Source: Spirochaetia bacterium | Lineage (GTDB): Bacteria; Spirochaetota; Spirochaetia; SZUA-6; Bin103 | Direction of reading: 5' to 3' | DNA length: 64,000 nt | Assembly (NCBI GenBank): GCA_965208575.1 | Contig: CBDBOV010000006.1 | Location: forward strand, 1,248,001 to 1,312,000 | Shown: positions 28,981 to 38,545 of the stretch, piece after piece | Position numbering within the stretch: the stretch's first letter is position 1 | Layout of the letters: each line of letters starts with the position of its first letter | Position numbers and translations under genes: made by a program | The notes under the pieces: generated by a model | The model's input: the letters and a program-made list of their open reading frames with translations, nothing else | The model's database searches: none | Told to the model about the DNA's origin: nothing

Positions 28981-29945
28981 CACTGGTAGCGAATCCTGGG
29001 ATCCAGGTAGGGGTACAGCATGTCGATGAGTAGAGAGCTGAACAACACGACGCTGGCCAGGAGCAGGTTGATTGCGGAAACGACCGGGTAGTCTCTCTGG
29101 TTGAGCGCAGCCACGAACAGGCGACCTATGCCCGGCAAAACGAATATCTCTTCCAAGATAACCGAGCCCCCGACCAGGAGAGGGAGCTGCAGGCCGATCA
29201 GGGTAAGGACTGGGATGAATGCATTCTTGATGGCGTGTCTGACAATGATCACCCTCTCCCTGAGCCCCTTGGACCAGGCCGTCCGGATATAGTCCTGCCT
29301 GAGCACCTCCAGCATCATGGTGCGCATCAGCCGCATGGTGGCGGCCGACATGGCCGTGCCCAGGATGAGGGACGGAATGAGGAACATCCCGAGATTCCCC
29401 AGCGGGTCTTCCGCAAACGGAATCAACTCTACCGATGGCGACCAGCCCCACCAGATTGCCGGGTAGAGCATGACCATGACGCCAAGCCAGAAGTTGGGCG
29501 TTGCCAAGCCGATGACGGCGACGGTGCGGCCTGCGTAGTCGATCGCCGTATCCTGGCGAATCGCCGAGTAGAGACCGACTGGCAGCGCTATGACGAGCCC
29601 TATTACGATTGCCATAACGCCAAGCTCGACGGTTACCGGCAATCTGCTTATGATCCTCTCCTCTATTGACCAGTGTCCCGTAAGTGACTCACCGAACGTG
29701 CCGCGCAGGAGAATATCTCCCATCCAGCGTCCATATTGCACGTGCACGGGCACGTCCAATCCCAGCATGCGCTCAAGCGCTTCACGGTCTACCACGCCAC
29801 CGGCGGAAGACCATGCTTCCATCTCCGCCACCATTGCGTCTATTACGTCGCCGGGGAGGAAGCGGACCGCGAGAAAGACTATGACGGTCAATATCCACAA
29901 GGTGGGGATGGTCAGCAACAAGCGTCTGATGAGATAGGCTCTCAT
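28980..29945 (-). CDS. ABC transporter permease (DppB-like), cassette 3
   Basis: MRAYLIRRLL, DYIRTAWSKGL; close paralog of 20246-21202. Confidence 0.93.
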   Translation of the reverse strand: MRAYLIRRLLLTIPTLWILTVIVFLAVRFLPGDVIDAMVAEMEAWSSAGGVVDREALERMLGLDVPVHVQYGRWMGDILLRGTFGESLTGHWSIEERIISRLPVTVELGVMAIVIGLVIALPVGLYSAIRQDTAIDYAGRTVAVIGLATPNFWLGVMVMLYPAIWWGWSPSVELIPFAEDPLGNLGMFLIPSLILGTAMSAATMRLMRTMMLEVLRQDYIRTAWSKGLRERVIIVRHAIKNAFIPVLTLIGLQLPLLVGGSVILEEIFVLPGIGRLFVAALNQRDYPVVSAINLLLASVVLFSSLLIDMLYPYLDPRIRYQ

Positions 29946-29989
29946 GGGACAAATGCCCTTGTCATTGCTTAGCCTGAGCTATTTAGATG

Positions 29990-30032
29990 GGGAGCCGGGA
30001 AGCGCCCGCAGGCGAATCGCCTCCCGGCTCCC
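29990..30032 (-). terminator. Intercistronic hairpin after SBP
   Basis: GGGAGCCGGGA ... TCCCGGCTCCC 11-bp perfect stem. Confidence 0.55.
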
Positions 30033-30042
30033 TTATTCATCA

Positions 30043-31857
30043 CTAGTTTCCCATCTCTTCCTTCATCTCCTGGTCGATCCAGAGGCGCGCCAGGTGGGTC
30101 ATGCGTTCGCCCCATCCCATGCCTGCTTCACCGAAATAACCCTGAACCCACGGTTGGTTCACGAAATGATTGGGGATGTTGGATTTCACCAAGCCGCAGT
30201 GCTCCCTTACGCAGAGCTCATCGGACTGTCTCTGTATCCTCTTGAACTCCTCGATGTCGGTAGTCTCCGAGGCGGCAACATAAAGGGCGTCCATGCGCGG
30301 ATCATTCATCTTGTTGGCGCTGCGGCCGCTGACCAGTGTGGTTACCGCTCCAAACGTGTATCCGACCAGGCCGGGGCCGCCGAAGTAGCCGTAATACGAA
30401 GTAAATAAGCCGTACTCAAGCGTTTCCGCCTTCAAGGCAGCTCCCATTTCAGCGGTACCGAACACCTCAAGCTCGCCTTTTACGCCAATGGCGTCGAGGT
30501 AGCCGATGACCAGTTCCGGATAGGTCTCATCCCACCGGTCGAAATGGCCCAGCTTGATGGTAAATCTATAACCGTCGTCGCCGCGCGGATAGCCGGCAGC
30601 ATCAAGCAACGCCTCTGCCTCTTCCGGGTGATACTCATACTCATGCTTGACGTCGTCCGGCCACTCTGCATATGGCCAGCTATACTGTGGCGTGAATTGG
30701 CCAACCAACCCGTACGGTGTTGGATCGCCCATACCCTTGTTGTAGGTAGCGTTGATGGTCTCGCGGTCCACTGCCATCTGCAGTGCCTTGCGCACATTGA
30801 CGTCCTGCATGAACGGCACAGTCCAATTGAAATAGAACGTGCCGCTAGGCCGGCTATAGACCGGCCAGAACTCCATTTCAGGGTTGGTCTGCTGGAGGCT
30901 CGCTACGTCGTCGATAGAGGTTACATAGGCGTCGCCGACGTTACTCAGCATATCAATCTTGCCGGTGCGCAGTGCCGCCAGACGTGTCGATGTGTCCGGC
31001 ATGAGCAGCGACCGGTACTCGTCAATATAGGGCAACCGGTTGCCGAATTTCTCGTCAACGCCCCAGTAGTCAGGATTCTTCACCCAGGTTGCCGAGCTGC
31101 CCTCCACGAAATCAGTCAGTCGCAAGGGCCCGGTGCCGACCACGTTGTTCCAGTCCTTGGCGTCTCCGTATTTCTCGATTACTTCGCGAGGTAACACGAT
31201 AAAGTAGTTGTTGGTCATTTTCCCGAGCACATCGAGCTGAGGCTTTGCCAGCTTGATCTCAATCGTCCATTGGTCGGTGGCCGTTACCGAGACGATTTCT
31301 GCACCCTGAGTTACCCCACCCTTGCCGGTGCTCGGCCCGTCTTCGGCGAAGTCCCCCAGGCCCAGAAAGCGGTGATAGTTCCATTCGACGTCATGAGCAT
31401 CGAACTGCCGACCGTTGACCGGCTCCTTGTCGTCCCAGTTGACGCCCTGGCGAATGTTGAAGATGAACGTGGTGTCGTCGGGCATCGACCAGCTTTCGGC
31501 CAGAGACCCTGTGCTCATCTCCGGGGTCACCACTTGGTACAATTCACCGCGCCATATATCTCTGGATAGTCCCCAGTCGGCGAACGCGAGCCGTTCATTG
31601 ACACCCCCGATGAGGTGTTGCGCCCAGCCAGTATTGAACCAGGGGTCGATACCCGGAGGATAGACCTTGGCGCCCCACGTGAGGATCCCGCCATACTCCG
31701 GCGCGGTCCACGTCCTTCCGGTCGCGGTGTCGAACACCGTTTCCCTCTCCGTAGCCGCCGCCGGCTCCTCTTCCGCGGCGGCGGCCCAGAGGCCGGTCGC
31801 CATCAGCACCAGGATCAACGCAACCGCAAAGGTCCTGGTAACTTGCATGAAATTCAT
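30043..31857 (-). CDS. ABC transporter substrate-binding protein, family 5, cassette 3
   Basis: Signal peptide ...ATGLWAAAAEEE; LAESWS, GTGP, KNPDYW; paralog of 21263-23056. Confidence 0.93.
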   Translation of the reverse strand: MNFMQVTRTFAVALILVLMATGLWAAAAEEEPAAATERETVFDTATGRTWTAPEYGGILTWGAKVYPPGIDPWFNTGWAQHLIGGVNERLAFADWGLSRDIWRGELYQVVTPEMSTGSLAESWSMPDDTTFIFNIRQGVNWDDKEPVNGRQFDAHDVEWNYHRFLGLGDFAEDGPSTGKGGVTQGAEIVSVTATDQWTIEIKLAKPQLDVLGKMTNNYFIVLPREVIEKYGDAKDWNNVVGTGPLRLTDFVEGSSATWVKNPDYWGVDEKFGNRLPYIDEYRSLLMPDTSTRLAALRTGKIDMLSNVGDAYVTSIDDVASLQQTNPEMEFWPVYSRPSGTFYFNWTVPFMQDVNVRKALQMAVDRETINATYNKGMGDPTPYGLVGQFTPQYSWPYAEWPDDVKHEYEYHPEEAEALLDAAGYPRGDDGYRFTIKLGHFDRWDETYPELVIGYLDAIGVKGELEVFGTAEMGAALKAETLEYGLFTSYYGYFGGPGLVGYTFGAVTTLVSGRSANKMNDPRMDALYVAASETTDIEEFKRIQRQSDELCVREHCGLVKSNIPNHFVNQPWVQGYFGEAGMGWGERMTHLARLWIDQEMKEEMGN

Positions 31858-31870
31858 ACGTTACTCCGCA

Positions 31871-32038
31871 TGTCGATTGTCGAGAGTATTGCGTAGCGGC
31901 CTGCCGCTCCCTGGCTACCCTCAAGCCCGCAACGCGGGCCGCCAGACTGAGTCAAAATTCACCGGCAGCGCGCGGCGTGTGACTCACCGGGCTCGCCCGG
32001 GCTCACGCCGTGCGCGGATGCGGTTCCTTGAGTATCAT
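31871..32038 (-). ncRNA. Candidate structured cis-regulatory RNA leader, copy 2
   Basis: Conserved with 23079-23246 (see findings). Confidence 0.7.
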
Positions 32039-32446
32039 TTTGCACCCCCTATTTTGATTTACTTGGCCACGGGGTGCCCGGTCATATGGCTGACAGAAGC
32101 TGTGTGTCTCGGGTCGGAAGGAGGGGTCGCCTACGGGGCGATCAGCCGGAGCGGTTAGTTGTTTCTCGGTCGAAAGTGCCGCGGAGGGAAGTGGGGGGGG
32201 GCGACGAGGCATGAATCTGTTCATGATTCTATCGCGGGCTTGTGATCGTGTCACGGACGTGGAGCGCGGGTAGCGCGGGTCAGCGCCAGCCCACCGACCG
32301 AGCCCCAGCGAGCCCCACTGCGGCATCGCCCGTGCTCGCGCAGCGAGAGGGCAACTGTCTCGGAAGCGCTTTGTCCACATTTTGCGCGCCGCGGCTACAA
32401 GCGCGCAAGTGACCCTTCGCACCAGGCCGGGCCTGCCGGACGCGAG

Positions 32447-33522
32447 TCACATACCCCACACGTCGACTGCCACCGCGCTGCCGCCGCGCGCCGGGTTGTG
32501 CCGCAGATGGAGCACCTTCTCCTCCCAGCTCCGCCGCTCCCGGCGGTCGATCACGACCAGGTGCCCCGCTTCGGCCGCGCTGCGGTCCACGTAGCGAGCC
32601 GTCTGCGCGACGCCCTCCGCGATGACGCCATCGAGCCCGTCGCGCTCCCGCACCACCTTGCACTCCACCACGAACTCCTGCACCCGGTCGGCCATCGGCC
32701 ACACGATCAGCAGGTCCACCCTCCCGCTGCCCAGGGCGTATTCGCGCTCGATGCGCCCGCCGCCGTTCACCACGCGCTGCAAGTACGCCTGCAGGAGCAA
32801 CTGCGCGCCTGGGTCCACACCGCCTCCAGCGCCTCAGGCGCGAATGCCTGGCCGGTCTCTTCCGCGTGCTGGGTCAGCAGCGCCAGCGTCTGCGCCCGTG
32901 AGAAGTCTCCCAGCCGCAGCGACGCCGCGGCGATGTTGAATGGGCTGCCGGCGGCGCCCATGCGGTAGTCGCGCAGGTCGCGCATGCCGCACAGGACCAC
33001 GCTGTGCGGGAAGCGTTCCGGACGCCCGGGGTAGCCGGCGCGGATCTGCTGGAGCACCGACAGGAGCGAATCGCCCACCAGCGTGTCGATCTCGTCGATC
33101 AGCAGCACCAGCGGGCGCGCCGACGCCTGCGCCCAGCGCTCCAGAGCTACGCTCAACGCCAGGTCCGGACCGAACTCAGCGAGGATCTCCGCCCAAACGC
33201 CTCGCAGGAATCGGTCGCCCGACGCCGCATCTGCCGCATTCGCCAGCGTGGCGAGGACCACGCGCATCGCCCGCTGCACGTCGTCGCGGGCGGTGCGGGC
33301 GGTCTCGACCGTGACGTAAACGCAACCGTATCCTCGCTCGTTCAACACTTCGGCCAGCGCCAACAGCGCCGACGTCTTGCCAGTCTGCCGCGGCGCGTGC
33401 AGCACGAAGTACTGCTCGTCCCGTACCAGCCCGAGCACTTCGTCCAGGTCGATGCGTTCAAGCGATGGGATACAATAGTGCTTGTCGGGCTTGACGGGAC
33501 CGGCGGTGGTGAACGAACGCAT
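32447..33522 (-). pseudogene. AAA-like ATPase with C-terminal PD-(D/E)XK-like domain, internally deleted and frameshifted
   Basis: MRSFTTAGP, APRQTGKT, LLIDEID. At ~32810 it jumps in another frame to QLLLQAYLQRVVNGGGRIEREYALGSGRVDL...VECK. Confidence 0.8.
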
Positions 33523-33686
33523 GGTATCCTCGCTTGGCGACGGCCGGGAGTGGCCCGGCGCTCCCGTGCGGAGTGTATCATAGCGCCTGCTCCACCTCCG
33601 GGAGCGCCCCTTGCTGCGATCTGCAACGGGTCGACGAGGAGATTCCCGCAGCCTTCGACCAATACGATGGAAGGAGACAAGAGAAA

Positions 33687-34610
33687 ATGAAGTTCGGTTC
33701 ACAGCTCAAGATCTACCGTGCCCGGTGGGACGAGATGGAGGCGCAGATTCAGGCAATGGAAGCGGGGCGCTGGAACAGCATCTGGTTTCCCGACCACTTC
33801 CTGCCGCCTACCGCCGTCACCAGCATTCCCGCCGAGCAGGATGAGCGCAATCCGGCCTGGGAAGCGTTCATCCCGCTCGCCGTGACGGCCGGAATCACCA
33901 AGCGGCTCAAGCTCGGCACCCTGGTCGCCGGCAACCCGTACCGCAACCCGGCGCTGGTGGCGAAGATGGCCGCCGAGATCGACCAGGCCTCCAGGGGCCG
34001 CCTGATCCTGGGCATCGGCGCCGGCTGGTTCGAACGCGAGCACCAGGCGTACGGTTGGGACTTCGCCGCAATGAAGGAGCGGCAGGACCGGCTGGAGGAG
34101 GCCTGCGCCGTGATCCGCGGGCTGTTCACGGCGGGACAGCCCGTGGACTTCCAGGGCGAGTACTACCGGCTGGAGCGGGCGCCGCTGTCCCCCGGCTGTT
34201 ATCAGCAGCCCAACATTCCGATCATGATCGGCGGCAACGGCGAGCGCCGTACGCTGCGCACTGCCGCGCGCTACGCGGACATCTACAACTACAATGGCTG
34301 GGCGGGGATGGACGTCGAGGTGTTCAAGCACAAGCGCAGCGTGCTGGAGCGGCACTGCGACGACATCGGCCGCGATCCGGCGGAAATCAGGTTGACGGTT
34401 CACTACCCGTTGCGGCTTGCCAACACCGAAGCGGAGCGGAAACGCATTCTGCAGGAACATCCGAACCGTACGGTGGGATCGCGCGATTTCCACATCGATC
34501 TGGTCGGCGAGTTCGCGGAGGCGGGCGTCGAGGAGATGTGCTGCGCCACCCAGGACAATGTCGAAGACCTGCAGCGGGTGGACGAGGAGATCATCGCCGC
34601 CTTCTCTTAG
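33687..34610 (+). CDS. LLM-class flavin/F420-dependent oxidoreductase
   Basis: AAGGAG RBS; WFPDH, KLGTLV...YRNPALVAKMAAEID..S.GRLILGIGAGW, IMIGGNGE. Confidence 0.92.
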   Translation: MKFGSQLKIYRARWDEMEAQIQAMEAGRWNSIWFPDHFLPPTAVTSIPAEQDERNPAWEAFIPLAVTAGITKRLKLGTLVAGNPYRNPALVAKMAAEIDQASRGRLILGIGAGWFEREHQAYGWDFAAMKERQDRLEEACAVIRGLFTAGQPVDFQGEYYRLERAPLSPGCYQQPNIPIMIGGNGERRTLRTAARYADIYNYNGWAGMDVEVFKHKRSVLERHCDDIGRDPAEIRLTVHYPLRLANTEAERKRILQEHPNRTVGSRDFHIDLVGEFAEAGVEEMCCATQDNVEDLQRVDEEIIAAFS

Positions 34611-34708
34611 CTGCCCTTCACGAGCTGGCAGCCCGGTCGCGACGGCAACCACGCGCCCGCGTGCCGACGCGCCTTGATGCGGTGATGTAACGATGCGATG
34701 ATACCGTG

Positions 34709-34939
34709 ATGCGTACCACCGTGACGATCGACGATGACGTACTGGCCGTTGCCCGGGCGCTCGCGCAGAGAGACGGCGGCAGCTTGGGGAGTGCTTTGTC
34801 CACGCTCGCGCGCCGCGGCTTCAGGAGCGCGGCAATCGATGACGACGATGAGGACGACCTGCCCACATTCCGCGTTACGCCCGACTCCGCACCCATCACC
34901 AGCGAGGATGTCCGGAAAGCGCTCAGCGACTGGCCATGA
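34709..34939 (+). CDS. VapB-type antitoxin
   Basis: MRTTVTIDDDVLAVARALA (RHH-like); ATGA overlap with a PIN gene. Confidence 0.85.
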   Translation: MRTTVTIDDDVLAVARALAQRDGGSLGSALSTLARRGFRSAAIDDDDEDDLPTFRVTPDSAPITSEDVRKALSDWP

Positions 34940-35370
34940 TCGCGCTGCCCGACGTCAATACGCTGATAGCGCTCGCCTGGCCCAACCACGTCCACCACGA
35001 CGCGGCGCGCACCTGGTTCGCAGCGGCCCGCGCCGCCGGGTGGGCGACGTGTGCCATCACCGAAGCCGGCTTCGTCCGCGTATCCTGCAATCGCTCCGCG
35101 GTCGGCCACGAGGTAACGCCACTCGACGCGCTCGCGCTGTTGCGCAGGCTGCGGCGGCGCGGGGCGCACACGTTCTGGGTGCAGGATCGCTCGATCACCT
35201 CGTTGCCGGATGAGATCCTCACCCGCATCCAGGGATACCGCCAGATCACCGATGCCGTGCTGGTCGCGCTGGCCATGCAGCACGCCGGCCGGCTCGCGAC
35301 GTTCGACGGGGGAATCAAGAACCTGTTGCCCAAGACTCGACAACCGTCGGTACACGTCATCCCGGTCTGA
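34936..35370 (+). CDS. vapC: VapC PIN-domain toxin
   Basis: DVNTLIAL..P.H.HH, TEAGFVR, QITDA.L, LATFD. Confidence 0.9.
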   Translation: MIALPDVNTLIALAWPNHVHHDAARTWFAAARAAGWATCAITEAGFVRVSCNRSAVGHEVTPLDALALLRRLRRRGAHTFWVQDRSITSLPDEILTRIQGYRQITDAVLVALAMQHAGRLATFDGGIKNLLPKTRQPSVHVIPV

Positions 35371-35403
35371 ACGCGCAGCGCCCGATCCGAGATTGCGCGC
35401 AGG

Positions 35404-36204
35404 TCACCCAAGCAAGCGCAGCAGGTCGTCTCGGTTGACCAGTTCGATATCCTCCTGCCGTTCGAGGAACGGACGCAGGTCGGTCACGGCGCGGCCCCAA
35501 TCCATGGCGTCCATTCGCTCGGCCAGCGACCTCCGCCATTTGTGCGGCGTCATTTCCGGGCCGCGCCAGTCGGTTTGCCGCAGCGCCGCGTTGAGCAGTA
35601 CGAGGTTGGGCGGCGGCCACTCCGGGTCGCTCAGATACCAGGCCAGGTCGTACACGTCACGCCCCTTGGTATACGGACGCTGCAGCACGGCATGCAGCTT
35701 GCCGGCGAGCAGGGACGCGCGGTCATGGTGAAACAGCCGCAGCGTTTCGTGGCGGCGCACCAGGCTGGTGGTCATGCGCGCGCCGGACGGCGGCCGGGTG
35801 TCCACCTCGATCTTGATGGCGAGCACTTCCGCCCGGTGCGGCGACAGGCCGATTTCGTACAGCAGGCCCGGGAACCGCACCCAGGCGCCGTGCACGGTGC
35901 GGGTGTCCTGGACGCGCAGCTCGATGCGGTAGTGCTCCGCGGCCAGCTCGGCGCGGATCGCCTGCAGCCAGCCGCGCAGCCGGTATCCGCCCCGGTCGCC
36001 TTCCAGGGCGAAGTCGAGGTCTTCGGAATAGCGCGGCAGGCTGAACAGAAAGCGCAGGCACGTTCCGCCGTGAAACGCCAGCGAGGTCATCGCGCCGGCC
36101 CGCTGCAGCGCTCCGAGAATGCGCGCCTGCAGATATTCGCGGGCGACATTCCGGGCTTGCAGCGGACCGCGCCCCTGCACGAGCTGCCGCAGGTGATCCT
36201 TCAC
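35404..36204 (-). CDS. AbiEii-family nucleotidyltransferase toxin
   Basis: REYLQ, FHGGTCLR, RYSEDLDF, GKLHA, KGRDVYD. Confidence 0.9.
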   Translation of the reverse strand: MKDHLRQLVQGRGPLQARNVAREYLQARILGALQRAGAMTSLAFHGGTCLRFLFSLPRYSEDLDFALEGDRGGYRLRGWLQAIRAELAAEHYRIELRVQDTRTVHGAWVRFPGLLYEIGLSPHRAEVLAIKIEVDTRPPSGARMTTSLVRRHETLRLFHHDRASLLAGKLHAVLQRPYTKGRDVYDLAWYLSDPEWPPPNLVLLNAALRQTDWRGPEMTPHKWRRSLAERMDAMDWGRAVTDLRPFLERQEDIELVNRDDLLRLLG

Positions 36205-36836
36205 AGGGCCTCGTAGCCCGGCTCGTCACCGGCGATCCAGCGAATACCGCCGGCGGCGCGGAGCAGTTTCGGCGTCGCACAGATCCCCGCAAGCGCCTCC
36301 AGCCGCTGCAGGTGCAACCTGTCGAAGTCAAGACGCAACTCGCGCAGGTACGCCGCGTCGTCTCCCCCGGGGTGCAGATGGATCAGGTCAAGCAGCGCCT
36401 TCTCCGGCTCCGCAACGAATGCGCTTTGGCCGCCGCCCAACTCGACCTGGCGATAGCCGAACAGCAGGCCGGGCTTCAGGTGACGGAAGGAGAACCTGCC
36501 GATCGCGGTATCGCGCAGGTGCGGGCGCCCCGGCGTGACGCTGGTCACTTCCGCCACGTACTCGGGAATCGCCTGCACGAACGCCAACGCCGCCAGCCCG
36601 CTGACGTAGGACCCCCGCGCCAGCCGGTTCGCCACCAGGAACGGGTGCGGAGTCCGTCTCTCCCATGGCGGCGCCAGGGTATACAGTCCGCGTCGCAGTT
36701 GCCGAATGCGCCCGCTGCGCGTCCAGCGCGAGAGCTGGCGCCGCAGACTGGCAGGATCGACGGCCCCCGCCAGCAGCAGCCCGGTCTCGAACACCGGCTC
36801 ATCCGCCACGATCTCCACCAACTCCTCAAATCGCAT
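36201..36836 (-). CDS. AbiEi-family antitoxin
   Basis: QLRRGLY, SYVS...IPE, TSVT, EPEKALLDL. Confidence 0.88.
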   Translation of the reverse strand: MRFEELVEIVADEPVFETGLLLAGAVDPASLRRQLSRWTRSGRIRQLRRGLYTLAPPWERRTPHPFLVANRLARGSYVSGLAALAFVQAIPEYVAEVTSVTPGRPHLRDTAIGRFSFRHLKPGLLFGYRQVELGGGQSAFVAEPEKALLDLIHLHPGGDDAAYLRELRLDFDRLHLQRLEALAGICATPKLLRAAGGIRWIAGDEPGYEAL

Positions 36837-36889
36837 TGCAATAAGTTACCACTTAAGGCAAAATATTGCCACATAGATTCGGAAAGCGT

Positions 36890-37030
36890 GCATCCGCTCA
36901 CCGTGAGCGCGGGGATGACCAAGAGGCTCAAGCTCGCCACTTGGTCGCCGGAACCCCCATCGCAATCCAGCCCTGGCGGCAGAGATCGCTGCCGAGATCG
37001 ACCAAGTCTCCGAGCTTGGCCGGCTGGTTC
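36890..37030 (+). pseudogene. Degenerate LLM oxidoreductase fragment
   Basis: Nucleotide similarity to 33870-34030 (…CAAG.GGCTCAAGCTCG…TGGTCGCCGG…GCCGAGATCGACCA…GCCGGCTGGTTC) with indels. Confidence 0.65.
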
Positions 37031-37056
37031 CGGCAAGCGATATCAGCGCCCGCGGG

Positions 37057-37332
37057 TCATGACAGCTCGATGTGGACCACTTTGCCGAGTGCGCGGGCCA
37101 CCTTCTCGAGCGTCGCAAGGGTAATGCTCTCGGCGTGATTCTCGAGTCTGGAGATCGCACTCTTGGTGGTCTGAATTTCCCGCGCGAGCTGTTCCTGCGT
37201 CATGCCTTTTTCGAGGCGCAGCTCTTTGATCAGCAGGCCGATCCGCAGATTGCGCCGCTCATCCTCCAGTCCGGCTCGGAAGTTCGAGTTCTTCTTCTCC
37301 CGCTTCCGTACGTATCTCTCAACATCGCTCAT
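37057..37332 (-). CDS. XRE-HTH antitoxin (HigA-like)
   Basis: LRLEKGMTQEQLAREIQTTKSAISRLE; GGAGG RBS; ATGA overlap. Confidence 0.88.
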   Translation of the reverse strand: MSDVERYVRKREKKNSNFRAGLEDERRNLRIGLLIKELRLEKGMTQEQLAREIQTTKSAISRLENHAESITLATLEKVARALGKVVHIELS

Positions 37333-37679
37333 GGTTGCCTCCGTGCGAAATAGTCCCGGCGATATCGTTCCGCGCGATCGATTTCCCGCCGTGGCGTTCG
37401 TTGAGTCTTCTTCATGAACCCGTGCGTAATCACCACGGTGTTGTTCCGGTCGAAGAAGCACAGCAGTCGGTAGATGTTCCTCTCCCACCGTATGCGAAAC
37501 TCGAACAGTTCGGTACCGACCAGCTTCCTGAAGTACTTTGCAGGGACGATTGGCACTGTTTCGACGAGTTCGATCACTGCGATGACCTTCTGCACGACCT
37601 TGTCCGACAGCATGTCCAAGAACGCTTCCGTCGGAACGGCTCCGTTCTTCGTCCTGTAGAACTCAATCGTTCGTCTCAC
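37329..37679 (-). CDS. RelE/HigB (Gp49-like) toxin
   Basis: IEFY...ELFEFRI...YRLLCF...THGFMKKTQRTP..EI..A. Confidence 0.88.
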   Translation of the reverse strand: MRRTIEFYRTKNGAVPTEAFLDMLSDKVVQKVIAVIELVETVPIVPAKYFRKLVGTELFEFRIRWERNIYRLLCFFDRNNTVVITHGFMKKTQRTPRREIDRAERYRRDYFARRQP

Positions 37680-37799
37680 TGACGAAGGTTAGCAAGAATG
37701 TGAATATCGATCAAGCGGAGACATCGAGGAGCACCTCAATGGACGGCTGGCAGCTTGACCGGCCCCGCTTGGCGTAGGGCCGCGCCGGTGAGGGGTGAG

Positions 37800-38543
37800 C
37801 TACGGGGCGAGGTGGCGGCAAAACCAGGTCAGGGCATTGGCCCAGCCGGCCGCGGTGAACTCGTGGGCCACGCCGTCGTGGAGGACCACTTCCAGCCGCT
37901 CCGGGCAGTGCGCGTATACCTCCTCGCGCAGGGCGGCGACGAACCGTTGGCTGCCGTCGGGCGGAACCTGCCGGTCCTCGGCGCCGTTCTGGAAGCTGAT
38001 GGCGGGAGTGTGGCGATACGCCGCCAGGTTGGTGAGTGGGTCGCGCCGCTCGTAGCAGGCCTCAGCCGCCGCATCGGGCGCCCCCGGCGGCTCGAACGAG
38101 CCGGGCCGCAACCAGTCCGCCGTGGCGATGGCCGCGGCCACAACCGTAACGCGCGGATCCACCGCTGCCGCCACGACGGAGGTGTCGCCGCCGGCGGAGA
38201 TGCCGCCCATGCCGGCCGCCTCGGCCACGCCGAGATGCCGTACCGCCCAATCGAGCACCTGCGGCACTTCTTCCGCGGTGTGCGCCAGGATCGGCCAGAA
38301 GTAGCGGCGGATGTTGCCGCGCACCCGTTCGCGCAGTTGGTCAATCGACTCGATGCGCCGCTCACCGTGCTGGTACGGGTCGAAGCTCAGCGCCACGAAT
38401 CCCGCCGCCGCCAGGTCGGCCAGGTAGGGCTGCATCATCTCCTTGGTGCCGCTGAACCCCGGCAGCCAGATCACCAGCGTCCGCGTCGCCGCCGCCGGCT
38501 CCACCCATACCAGCGGAATCTCCCCCGCCCGCCCGGTACGCAT
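37800..38543 (-). CDS. Alpha/beta hydrolase (esterase/peptidase)
   Basis: Nucleophile elbow GISAGG, GAEDRQVP, VAHEF catalytic triad; starts 2 bp after the desaturase stop. Confidence 0.85.
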   Translation of the reverse strand: MRTGRAGEIPLVWVEPAAATRTLVIWLPGFSGTKEMMQPYLADLAAAGFVALSFDPYQHGERRIESIDQLRERVRGNIRRYFWPILAHTAEEVPQVLDWAVRHLGVAEAAGMGGISAGGDTSVVAAAVDPRVTVVAAAIATADWLRPGSFEPPGAPDAAAEACYERRDPLTNLAAYRHTPAISFQNGAEDRQVPPDGSQRFVAALREEVYAHCPERLEVVLHDGVAHEFTAAGWANALTWFCRHLAP

Positions 38544-38545
38544 AG

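Noticed and set aside
32040-32440. Unannotated intergenic stretch with short inverted repeats
   Set aside because: There is no second copy, covariation or recognisable motif in this window to support a feature.
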